Source: Bugula neritina (Eukaryota; Animalia; Bryozoa). Taken from it: a DNA stretch of 64,000 nucleotides. The DNA lies in assembly GCA_964035545.1 (NCBI GenBank), contig OZ037767.1, forward strand, positions 23,886,628 to 23,950,627, in the 5' to 3' direction. Under the pieces are notes generated by a model, which worked only from the letters and a program-made list of their open reading frames with translations, was not told the origin of the DNA and made no database searches. This document shows positions 12,201 to 22,208 of this stretch, piece after piece. Position numbers and translations under genes: made by a program. Positions within the stretch are counted from its first letter, which is position 1. Each line of letters begins with the position of its first letter.

Positions 12201-15200
12201 AATTTCTCAGTGAATGAAACAACAAAACTAGATGGTCGTTGAAAATGATCTCAACAAATAAAAACAGCTACGTAACAGTATAATAGTTGCTTTTTCATTA
12301 TATTCTGGGCATGCTATTTTCAGTTACACAAATAGAGTAACTCAGGAACAATTCAAGAAGTAGTTATTACAGACATCGCTGAATAGCTCGTCTCAAATTA
12401 ACTTAGCAAAAAGCCACAGTAAATTCACACCCTGGTGTCAGTTCAGCTTAAACAAAGCTATATGGTAAGATATAACTTAACTACGGCACATACATATTTA
12501 TTGTGTATATCTATACATAGTATGCACATATGTTATAATATATATATATATATATATATAATAGATATATCTATACATAGTATGCACATATGTTATATTA
12601 TTCCATATATTTAATATACTAGCTCTGAAAAAATATTATATGTACATAATAGGTATGCGTTTATATAATATTTTCCAGAGCTAGTAAAGTTAACAAAAAT
12701 TGTCCATCGATGCTATTAGTTTTATGTGTGCAAAAGTATAAACCATGACAATATGAATTACTCTAGAAGAAACATACACATTATATTATACACATGATAT
12801 ACTGAAAGCAGTTCATTTGGATTTTCAACTTTGTAGGACTTTCATCATAAAACATTATAAACTAACATGAAATACGGTCAATCCATCTCTCATCATTAAA
12901 ATATACATGATAAGACAACTTCAACATTATTCATAGCCATGAGTAACCCACCTGGTCTATCCAGCTGCTCAGACTTGGTAGCCATATCATGTGACCTTCA
13001 CCTCTACTAGGCTTAGTTACTGAACAGGACTTTGTACTCCTCAACCTCTCCTCTACTACGTTCTAGAACATTCACTGTGACACATTATACCCCATAGCAT
13101 ATTATATGTACAATACTTGATATAATAAACTTTAGTTATAGCATAATATAATATATTCCATATACCACAATATATTTTAGCTAAAGCATATAATATATAC
13201 AATAACATTTGTTATGTCATATACAATAACATATATTATATACAATAACATACAGTATATTATATACATTAACATATAATATTATATAAAATAACATATA
13301 TTACATACAATAAAATATATTATATTTCAGTCATAAGCTGGAAACGCTGGCTAATGGAAAAGCATGTTGAACAGAATATTGTATAGAAAAAGATTGCAAT
13401 GGAGAGATCAGAGAAGTTTTTGAATAAAACATTTGTTTGTCCGGCCCACAATCCACGAAGGAGTAGGAAAGATTGGGGCACTGGAGATGAGCATGTTGAA
13501 ATACGCTTATAGTAATAAATAAAATACTATATTGGAAATAAGGCTATAGAGGTGGAAGTGAAGATTAAACTTGGTATCTACCGTTTGACTGGGTTTATGA
13601 TATGGAAAAAATTTGGCTTTTTAGAAGGCAAGGATAGAAATTTCATCAACTTTAGCCTGAAAGAGTATGACCTAGTTTTGTAGGTGGGGGGCATCATGGG
13701 ACTCGATAGCTAAGAGGTATGACATGCACAAAATATACTGTATAAGTTATGAAATATAATGACAATAACACAATATCATATATCATAATACACTAGGTAA
13801 GATAACAGTAAAGTTACAGAATATTATAATATACACAATAGCATACTAAAACGTCAATAAGTTGCTAGAGAAAAATAGACATATTATGGAGTTGTCTACA
13901 CTTATGACTAGCAAATGTTTGTATTATATCAGTGGATATGCCAGTTACTTAATCAGGTTCTACAACATGGATTGTTATGTAGCAGATGATAGAATTCATA
14001 TTGTGTTCTTTAGATCAACCAAAAGAAACTCATGATGCAATGTATTCAATTTGATACAAACATTACTCTACTGAGTGGTGAACAAAATTCCCAACAATCA
14101 TAGTATTGCTTTAATGCCACAATTTCTATATTTGGTAATTTTGCTGTTTTCAGGCCAAACTTACTAAGACAAAATACAGCAGAAGTTGAACAATGGGAAT
14201 GAAAATGGATTTTGTATTGATGCAAAACAAAGCCAGTTTCATTGCTCAAGTGGAACTGTATTTTATTGGGTAAAATAATGGTGCATTTTGGCCAGGCAGC
14301 AACAAATTCAATTTTTTCCAACTTTTTACTGAAAAATAAACCATTTCAGAATTGAGCAAGAACTTTTTAACAACCAGACAAGAGTAATCTGATCTCTTTG
14401 TCATTATACTGGTGTGTTTTCAGCATCTGATATACACTATGTTCAATCACATGAGATTGTATCAGCTTGGATGTACACTTGCTGCAGTCTGACAACTCCA
14501 AAAATAGAGAGGAGAGTTGTTAAATTTTTCATCTGTTAGTAACAGCTAGTAGTTAGCAACAGTTAGTAGTTAGCAACTGTTAGTAACAGTAGTTAGTAAC
14601 AGTTAGTAGTCAGTAGTCAGCAGTTAGTCAGTAACAGTTATTAGTTATATTACCAGTTAGTAGTCAGTACCAGTAGTTAGTCAGTAACAGTTGGTAGTTA
14701 TAGTAATAGATCTTATAAATATGTGACAGGTTGGGCAAATTGTGCTAAAAACTGTGTGACAAATCATAGTCTACAAAATTATCAAGAAACATTCAGTGGG
14801 GATTCAGTTACCCACGCATTAACTTACCAGCATTCGGTCATCCAAGGACTTTGATGTGGAGGGAAGGCTTGGCGGCTGCAAGGATTTGACGGCGGAATCA
14901 TATCTAGCCTGCACTCTATGAGATGATCGTGATATATACCCAGACTGAAGTCTCTGGGAGTAAGGCCTTGTAGAACTACTGCTAGCTGGTAACACGGCTT
15001 TATTGTCTACCTACATACATTGTTAGTACATACATCAATAGTACATACACCACTAGTACATACACTATTAGTACATACACTATTAGTACATATACATCAA
15101 TAGTACATACACTATTAGTACATACATCACTAGTACATACACCATTAGTACATACATCAATAGTAGGTTACATACATCATTAGTGCTTACTAAATGCTTT

Positions 15201-18070
15201 CCAAAATTAGCCAGTTATAACATAGTTTTCTAAACTCAGTACAAATTTTATGGTGAAATAGATGGTCCCTGTGCCCAATAGTTAATAACTGGTATATTTT
15301 TTCAGAAAAATTATAAAACTGCCACCCATTTAATAAAGATAACCCTTCAAAAAAGGCATTCAAGATATTTTAAATAATACTGGAAGACTTACAAATTCAA
15401 AGTTTGCAAGACAGGCTAATCATGTGTTTGCTGGTTCATAGCATTACCTTTATATTTGCCAAAACATGGAGGATAACTCCTAAATTAGGTCTGTTAACTA
15501 GTTGCTATTGACATCTAGGATAAGTAAGCTATACATCTTATGGCCCGTTCACACTACAGCTCAAAGTGAGCTGTCACCACTGCTCTTGGGCTATGGGCCA
15601 ACTTTTTGGCTGTTATTCCAGTCAGTAGCTGGTAAGAAGCATGATCATTGGACCCAATCAAAATGCAGCAAAGCATTTTCTGCCTCAATTTACTAGCATG
15701 ATTTAATCATATATTTTACTAGCATTATTTATCAAGATTTACTAACATAATTGCATGAACCAAATTTACGCATTTAATTTAGTTAAAACTATTGACAAAA
15801 AATATTTATTTGCATTGTTTAGATATAATTATTTACAAACGAAATTTAGTCACTAGAGTATTATATCTCTTGAAGCACTACTTGCAATAAAACACGAACA
15901 GCCAACCAACACTCAGGCAACAACCAATGAGATGGGCTCATCAGCATTACATAGTAGCAACTATGAAGGGTCACTTTTTACTGCATTGCAAACGGCACAT
16001 AAGTAAGTCATGTCCCAAACTATTAGATAAGTCAACAAAAATGATATAACACAGAGAAAGATTAAGATAAAGTTGCTGAATGCATAGTTTAAATTTAAAA
16101 TCTGGTGCATACAATATCAAGTTAATTGTGTGTTTGAATAAATTGCTATGCAAAGAAGTATAATATGTGGCCATTAGCTAAAATTTGATCTCAGTTAGAT
16201 CTTGATGTGGTATGTTATACTAAACATAGAATAGTTATACTCAAAGATAAACAGAAGGAGTTGTTGCACTGGAGATGCTATTACAAGTAATTCAAGAGTT
16301 GGTGACAAACAGAGCATGCGTGCTGCATTCATGAATTTATTGGTTATTTGAAGCCACGGCAGTAACAAATTAACTTTCCAATTAAACAACATGTCCGGTA
16401 CATAGTGTCAATCATTAGAATAGGATGTTGAAACTGAGCAAAATAAATGTAATTTAATTAAACCTTAAATTGAGTATGCATTATGTCACTGGCTAAATCT
16501 AAACGTAGGATAAGCTAGACAACATAATATAGATTATATTTCTATGCATGCATCAACCAAACGTATCTGAATTGTAGCATTCCTACTAGTTTTCCCTTCA
16601 CTACAGTCTATACTATACTAAACTACCCATCGAATAGCTTCAGGGGGAGACAACTAAGCAACCCAAACCACGCAGTAAATGTAGCAAACTACAATAACAG
16701 CAGGCTCGTACATAAATTACAAGATGGCAAACAAATGTGAGCTTTCCTATATACAGCATAGTAGGATCTTGGATATATATCATCAGTGTATAGTGTTTAC
16801 ATACTAGTCATATGATATAACATTGCTAGCTGCATAACTTATTATAAGGCAATATAAATTAATATAATAAATATAAATAATAATTATCTATTGTCAATAT
16901 ATTCTAAATATTATTATTATGTAAAGTATATTACAATAATTCATTTTTATGTAACATCATTAATATACATTACATTATTATATATACAATAAAAATATAT
17001 TATCATAAATATATAATAAAAATCTAATTTTACACTAGATGTCATTTATATAAAGATATATAAAATACACTGTTGGCTATGCTATCATGTATATATTGTT
17101 TAACTGGTTGGCATGCAATGTGTGTCAATTCACAGGGAAACTTTCTAAAACTTAAAAGATAAGAATTGTAGACTTTGTTGCTATAAAACAAACATATGAG
17201 ACAAAGAAGACAATTATAAGTGGCACCATGTTTGCTCTATATTAAAATGTGTTGCTAAGATAAACACATTGTCAATGAGTTTAGTAATACATAATATTAT
17301 TACATTACAGTGAAGGCCCTTGAGATTAGCCACTTAGGGTACTGTGAAGTAATATAATGAATAATAAATAAGCCCAATTCACCTACACCTTAGTGATAGA
17401 CATGATTGAAAGTACCTCACAAAGTGACCATTAAATGCTACAATTGACTGCAGTTATGAACAAGTTTCAAGCAACATTTAAACACTTTCTAGTTAAAATA
17501 TAAGCCAAGTAAATACCTTAAAACTCCAACATCGGCTTGAAGTTTCATCAAGTCTGACATAAATATTTATGATTTTATATTAAAAGAAGCAGCTAGACTA
17601 TCGGTTGTTTCTAGTCTGCACACAATCGTGAATACCTCATCATTTCGATAAACAAGAGTATAATTTCATTAAGAGGCAGAATTAAACAATGACAAGGCTT
17701 ATTAAAAGTAAAAGATGTATGAAAAATATATAAAGGAAAATGATGATGTTAATGCAATGCCACAGTTATATGCAATTGTGCAGTGATACTATGCATATAT
17801 GACCGCATAAACTGTTTGCATATCTCCAGAAGTAATAAACAAACTCACCGAGATGCTAGTGAGTGTGCAGCCAGAGTGTAGTGGGCCTATTCTGCTGCCA
17901 ATAGCTTTGGTGCTGGTTGAACTCACAGTCTCAAAACCAGAGTCAATACGTGAATGGCGAGAATTTCTCACGGACCTTTTATAGCAAGAACTAGGTTGGT
18001 TGCATTGCTGGCTAGAGTAGGGAGACTCAGCAATGTCATCTTCGCACAAACGCATAGAATCGTCAACCAT
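290..18070 (-). CDS. Uncharacterised Ser-rich protein with charged C-terminal part; multi-exon, 3' end runs off the left edge
   Basis: Phase-consistent GT-AG exons in transcript order: 18070(ATG; acceptor at 18094)-17849, 15010-14828, 13062-12952, 5652-5493, 2967-2918, 2807-2707, 2182-2088, 1950-1892, 1435-1270, 485-290. They give ~447 uninterrupted codons (MVDDSMRL...DSGFET...HEREMDKF...RRWVFEDDEP...KRKWGKAKVDTRYREEQERQ). No family recognised. The join across the ankyrin-containing intron is inferred from phase only. Confidence 0.7.
2218..2550. repeat. TG/TA-rich minisatellite including ~3 copies of a 36-bp unit (GTAGTAGTGTGTATTAGTGTATGTATTGGTGTGCAT)
   Basis: Direct inspection. Confidence 0.8.
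3351..3569 (-). mobile_element. tRNA-derived SINE, near full length, 12-bp TSD
   Basis: Minus-strand head with A-box-like TGGTCTAGGGG and B-box GGTTCGAGCCC. Flanked by the perfect direct repeat AGACCATTACGC (3339-3350, 3570-3581). Homologous to the copies at 36.2 kb and 53.4 kb. Confidence 0.88.
4301..4314. promoter_or_regulatory. RFX X-box motif GTAACCATGGCAAC in an intron of the minus-strand gene
   Basis: Matches the palindromic RFX consensus GTNRCCATRGYAAC; function untested. Confidence 0.4.
5786..5942 (-). CDS. Candidate alternative exon of the minus-strand host gene
   Basis: TAG acceptor, AAG|GTAATA donor, open frame (FQPQLSLSRW...HMKAYGH...QSFSK) in phase with exon 5652-5493, in-frame ATG at 5878. 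It is not phase-compatible with the upstream exon 13062-12952. Confidence 0.35.
6020..6045 (-). terminator. Two polyadenylation signals of the ankyrin gene
   Basis: TTTATT at 6020-6025 and 6040-6045 (AATAAA on the minus strand), 51-76 nt after the stop codon. Confidence 0.6.
6096..9014 (-). CDS. Multi-ankyrin-repeat protein (972 aa, ~22 ANK repeats), intronless CDS nested in an intron of the minus-strand gene
   Basis: One 2919-nt ORF with ~22 G-x-T/S-P/A-L-H-type repeats from residue ~170 to ~920. An in-frame TAA upstream of the ATG fixes the start. Splice acceptor (TTTTTTGTAG) lies just before 9066. Two AATAAA signals follow the stop. Confidence 0.92.
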   Translation of the reverse strand: MTDLSVSGIAVKHERVKLTSKIAAFNKRSKRSPWSDLYPALYSTRFMKYSKAAENMHSFTLHSNNLSRSATSILETKQSRHTLDTSQSADDSGISTLRPNSSSSVNLNGQSILVPQNKSRKARDFMQVTKKSECNICQCSYYFQRNNKTVNFGRHQKCVCECHCHVDVSELSLFQVAAKLGHTKLVKKLIEKGEQADQLDVYDNTSLHLAAMQGHTATIALLLESDLNPNKPNINGNSALHLAAKYGHLCSVANLQKYGADVNLANYFSDAPIHISVKERKYAIVQNLVRNPELDVNLKDRDGNTPLHLAIKYFDANIFSLLLKHPNIDLNLKNKLGQTPLHIAAQCNKPSVLSLLMEMPNLKPDICDKQGNSILHAAVTSGSHTFVQELLKLQKNSDLKIENYSTMNKVDSFLECKNVFGQTALHLAILNNDISLVENLLSEGCNILSVDAKGNGCLHQASAVGSFSICKILINLGLPLNTVNNSGDTCLHIAAHCGHLKLVKMFLALGADSNTLNLLHESALHRAVKRGFNSLALVLLKNEADYNIMDIDGKTPLHLAVERGNEVLALKMLKWTQEFNFEFADKLGNTLLHLICQKGLQKLADLILQKWPPLLIAANVYGNLPVHVSCKYGHSLLTKKVLDVARSYGYRTQILLAKNIAGKTAFHMCAKSGDVSSLAYLLHDQVYVDVHDQKGRTPLHLACLSRNQSGTSVKVVQLLLGNAAKVNAVDCEGSTPLHYAAKAGNHSILKLLLAHGANIDTANSHRYTPLYLASANGRDKTMEVLIANGADSSAHTKDGNSSLHVIAASGNAAGLSLLIKAGLPPDHENINGTTAAHLAAFNDHQDVIECLKEAGADLTKVDEKGRTPLHVAVAKGNANVVKALLQSGVSVTQKDILGRSPLQYALATQNQEIYHLLKDNSRLEDMAELDFTNLNLVNSLPMKKDIIEDIEKDCGIFTNQKISVLVSCPLMF
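10475..10560 (-). other. Candidate non-coding 5' exon of the nested ankyrin gene
   Basis: Strong GG|GTGAGT donor with the exon ending at 10475. All three frames contain stops. It is a plausible partner for the acceptor at 9066. The upstream boundary is a guess. Confidence 0.35.
12617..12686. repeat. 70-bp near-perfect inverted repeat
   Basis: TACTAGCTCTGAAAAAATATTATAT ... ATATAATATTTTCCAGAGCTAGTA. Confidence 0.75.
13130..13325. repeat. AT-rich degenerate tandem repeat (TACAATAACATATATTA-like)
   Basis: Direct inspection. Confidence 0.65.
14535..14705. repeat. Degenerate tandem repeat (AGTTAGTAAC/AGTCAGTA-like)
   Basis: Direct inspection. Confidence 0.75.
15012..15185. repeat. ~16-bp minisatellite (TAGTACATACACTATT-like) abutting a splice acceptor
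   Basis: About 10 degenerate copies immediately upstream (minus strand) of exon 15010-14828. Confidence 0.8.
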
Positions 18071-18504
18071 TTCGGTGATAAATGCTAAACTCACCTACAG
18101 TGCAATATGAGACTGAGTGTTGCTTGCCCAAGTAAACATTTTTAATGATTAAATACTAATAATGATAATTTGTAATACTGCACTACCAAATACATGTTCT
18201 TAATCTTGATAAACACCATAATAATAAAGTTATCATTAAAATACATTTAAAAGCAAGTCAATTAAACGCTAATTGTAAGTAATAGGCTATCCTTTAATCT
18301 TGTTCACGATGAGTATGACTGTGGTGACGGTGGCATACTTGATCTTATACTTACAGGTTCACTTTAGAGTTAAGAGCTACATTTATACTTGAAATAATGC
18401 TGGTAATATTAATAGTAATACTTACTAATGCTACTAATAATACTACTAGTAGTAGTAATACTAATAGTATTGCTGTAAAAATTCAAATTGTGATTCTGAT
18501 ACTC

Positions 18505-18830
18505 GCACGTTCGCAGGAGACTTCCACTTTGACTCTCACTCCAACTCCATGTGTTCTTTAAAAAACTCGAAAAGTTGGCTTTCGCATGGTCTTTTTTCAA
18601 TAAACACAGACTATTTTTGTGGTAATAAATACTAATTTCAATTTATTTCGGTACAGCTCGGGCATATTTTTTCTGTAAATTGAGATTATCTGGCTGCTGT
18701 TTCTTGAATTTGATAGACACGTGTTTTAGTTCTAGTCTAACTAAAACAAAACGACCACGTGCAATGACCTAACTCCGCGGGAGCCGTTCTTGGATACCAT
18801 TCGCCAATTTCTCGCATTAACTTGATATAA
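18505..18830 (-). promoter_or_regulatory. Candidate promoter / non-coding first exon of the minus-strand gene
   Basis: CpG-containing patch, possible donor GTGCGAGT near 18508, and short upstream ORFs that end in stops. Confidence 0.3.
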
Positions 18831-19495
18831 AGTATTGATCGCACTAACACGCAAGGTCACAACCATCAGAATATAACATTATTATCTATATTTCAGTGGC
18901 CACAACTGCAGGTGTTGAGATAAAGTTCACCCAAGTACCAGGGTACATATGTCAGCTTGTGAGTTTCAATTTTGAATACATTTACAAAGGTTAAGAACTG
19001 AACTGTGGTCTCATAAGCAAAACTAATACGTGCAAGTTGCACTATCATTCGATATATGGACATTGCAATTGCACTTGTAAAGTTATATATATATTTTGCA
19101 CTGTTGAAAATAATATGCATACTTCTGCTTGACTTAGTTTTAGGAAATTTATTTACAAGTCAAACAAAAATTTACTGCATCAAGACGAGTGCACAACTTC
19201 AATCATTTAAAACAAGTGTGAAATATTTATGAGTTGCCTACCCACTGTCCTTGTGAGTTGTGGCCACCTGTGAAACTGTCTACTGGGGTAGCACTAGTCC
19301 TCAAAATACTGTAATATTCTTTCACCCGTAGCTGCAATAACTAACCACCACTGAGTCTTTTATCCTGCTATTTTGCAGTTTAAAATTATTTGATGTCACA
19401 ACTTGAAGTATAAATGAATAGATCAATTTGAAAGCAACAGGGATATCTCACAAAGTTTTGTCTGTTCTGTTTAGAGTCAAACTGCACGCGAGTGT

Positions 19496-19640
<145 letters not shown>

Positions 19641-20803
19641 TTAAAGCATTTTGTTGTTATAAGATATTATTTAATATATTTGACTAGAAAAGGTCCATTG
19701 CTTGAAAATGTATCTTTCCTCTAATCCCCCATATATTTATATATATTTTATGTTTGCCAAACCAGGGGTGATTATTTCTTACACTTAACCAACTTATTAG
19801 ACCAAGTAATAAGTTATGCTTGATGTATTATATACATAAAAAATCTAGTTCAGCTCATTACATAATAATCATGCATATATAGAAACTTTAGCTATGCAAT
19901 ATACAAATAGACAATAATGTTATAGGCCTATAATATATAAAAATATGGAGGCCAGTGATGCAGGGTATATACATAGAAGGACTATATGCATTTCAAAAGA
20001 CTCAGTTGTTAAAACTGAGCTAGTTTTTTTGTTCCGACATTGTAGTTTTACAAATATTATTAAGCATTATTGAATAAGTAGGTTGATTGCCTTCTGCTCC
20101 TAATTATTTATTAAATGTGCTATGCAATGCATGTAAAAATTTGCTAAATGTCATTGAGTAGACGAATCTATATTTTTAACTTTGGTCAATATTATCTCCT
20201 ACACATGAAGGATATAACCATTGCATATTTCAACATCTCGATCTGGCTTAATATTACAAAATTAATTTATTCCACTTATGCATTAGCTAGAGGTTGTTGT
20301 TGTTGTCAATTTATTGCTTCTAATAGTTAATACAGAAAGAAAAAAATCTTAAGCCAAGGAAAAAAAGGAGTACAAAAAAGAAGAAGTAAAAGGGTACAGC
20401 CCAATAGCTGCAGTCTCCCAAAATTCTTGGTGTTGTTAGTTTTTAAGCCCAGAAGTCAAAGCAAGAATTAGACAGTGTAACTAACGCAGGATAATTTGTG
20501 GTGAGAGGTTGATAGCAGCTTGCTTTGAAAAGCATTGTCTGGTTAATTTGCTACAGCCTCTCTTTTTAACTACTATACAATTTTTAATTGGCCTTACCAC
20601 AACAATGTATTAAATTTTACTACCCCTTCCCCCTGCTTGCTTTAAATTCTGTTAATTGAAACCAATTTTTCACCTCAAGTTTTTAATGAAGCATGTATAG
20701 CTGCTTCCTAATTCAATTAGTTGAGAATAGTTTTTAGGCAATTGAAGGCTAAATCTTTAATTTTCATTATGATTTTTGGTTGCTTCAGTGCCAGTTGTAC
20801 ATT

Positions 20804-20964
20804 GAGGTACCGTGGGAGAGAAATTTCAATAGCCTAAGTTTTTAATCTGCATTAATGTTGTCAATTTAAAGGGTTGCAATTCTTTTGAGAACACAACTTT
20901 TGTCACAACACTTTTTATCTGGGACATAGGCTTTTCCCAATTTCTTTACCATTGCGACTACCTC
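20804..20964. mobile_element. Diverged, opposite-orientation copy of the same MITE
   Basis: ATAGCCTAAGTT...GGGTTGCAATTCT..TGAGAACACAACTT...ATCTGGGACATAGGCTTTTCCCAATTTCT...CTACCTC aligns by eye to the reverse complement of the 59.3 kb copy. Confidence 0.65.
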
Positions 20965-22042
20965 TCTTGTTTTGCAGTTCGACTACCCAACTCTGGGGGT
21001 ATTCAGGATCTCATCACTTTTACCACAACATAACTAAGTAGTTATAATTATTGTTTTTATGATCCGGTCTTCCACAGAAATGTTTTTGCAACCCAGTTCA
21101 TCCTATTAGGTTTGCATTGCACATCCGGTTAGAAGTACTGTATCTCGTGCCATTTTGCGGTGAGCTTGCTTACACAGTAAATTAGCAACTGCTATCTCCT
21201 AAACCAGATTGTTATGTAGTCTTAGAGGAATTGTGTTATGGAATCAGCTGAAAGCATGTTGACTCCTCATCAGCTTGTAACAGTTGCGTAGACCTGCTAC
21301 TATATTTAAATCAAGTCCCTGGTCCAAGTAACCGAATTGTATATTGAATGTGTCTCGACTTTTTTCTGCATTAAACATAATGGTGATGTGACTAGCACAG
21401 TTTAATGCTATTTCCTTGTTTAATAAATCTTTATGGTCTGATCCCATTTTAATAATGACATGACACGAGATTGTCATGCAGACATTCCTCGGCTGGCGGT
21501 TTATTTGCTGTTAAACCACTCAGTTTTCAGGTCAGCTTTTTAACAGCTAACCGCATGTTCAGTGCAAAGATTGATGAGACCACCAGTGGGAAGGTTGTAG
21601 TGGAGAATGGCTACTGGTTGCCACATAAAAATACATCCCGATTCCTGAAGTTTAAAACTACTAAAAGAAGTTCTGACAGCTCAATCAGGTTGCCCACTGA
21701 TCAGGCCTACATTAACACAAATCTTCAATACTCGGAGCAAATTTAAATGTTGCTGTTATCCTGAACTTATTTAAAATGCCTTGTTACCTATTTCAGCGTT
21801 TGGACAGTATTATGTTATCTTTTTATACGATAGACTATTTACTACCAGATATGTAAGCTATAGCCTATACAGTGCTGAAATCTTTATTATATGCTATAAA
21901 ATATAATACATTGTAACAGTTTCAAATTAATTAATATGGCTCATCAGAACAGGGTATAGTTGAATTATTCTAAATTATAAATTAGGCTGATGACAAAACA
22001 GTAATAGGAAGTTGTTTTCTTACATGACCAAATTCTGAGAGG

Positions 22043-22208
22043 TAGGTGCAGTAATGGAGAAATTGAGAAAAGCCTGTATTCTAGAATAGAAATGTAGCAA
22101 AACAAGTTTTGTTCTCACAAGAATTTCAGTCTTTGCCCCAAACCAAAATTTATAAAGAACTTTAAAGAACTAAGGCTATCTTAATTTCTCCACTAGGTAC
22201 TGCTCCTA
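22043..22208. mobile_element. MITE-like element (~165 bp) with ~32-bp imperfect terminal inverted repeats
   Basis: TAGGTGCAGTAATGGAGAAATTGAGAAAAGCCT ... AGGCTATCTTAATTTCTCCACTAGGTACTGCTCCTA; clearly homologous to 59319-59479. Confidence 0.8.
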
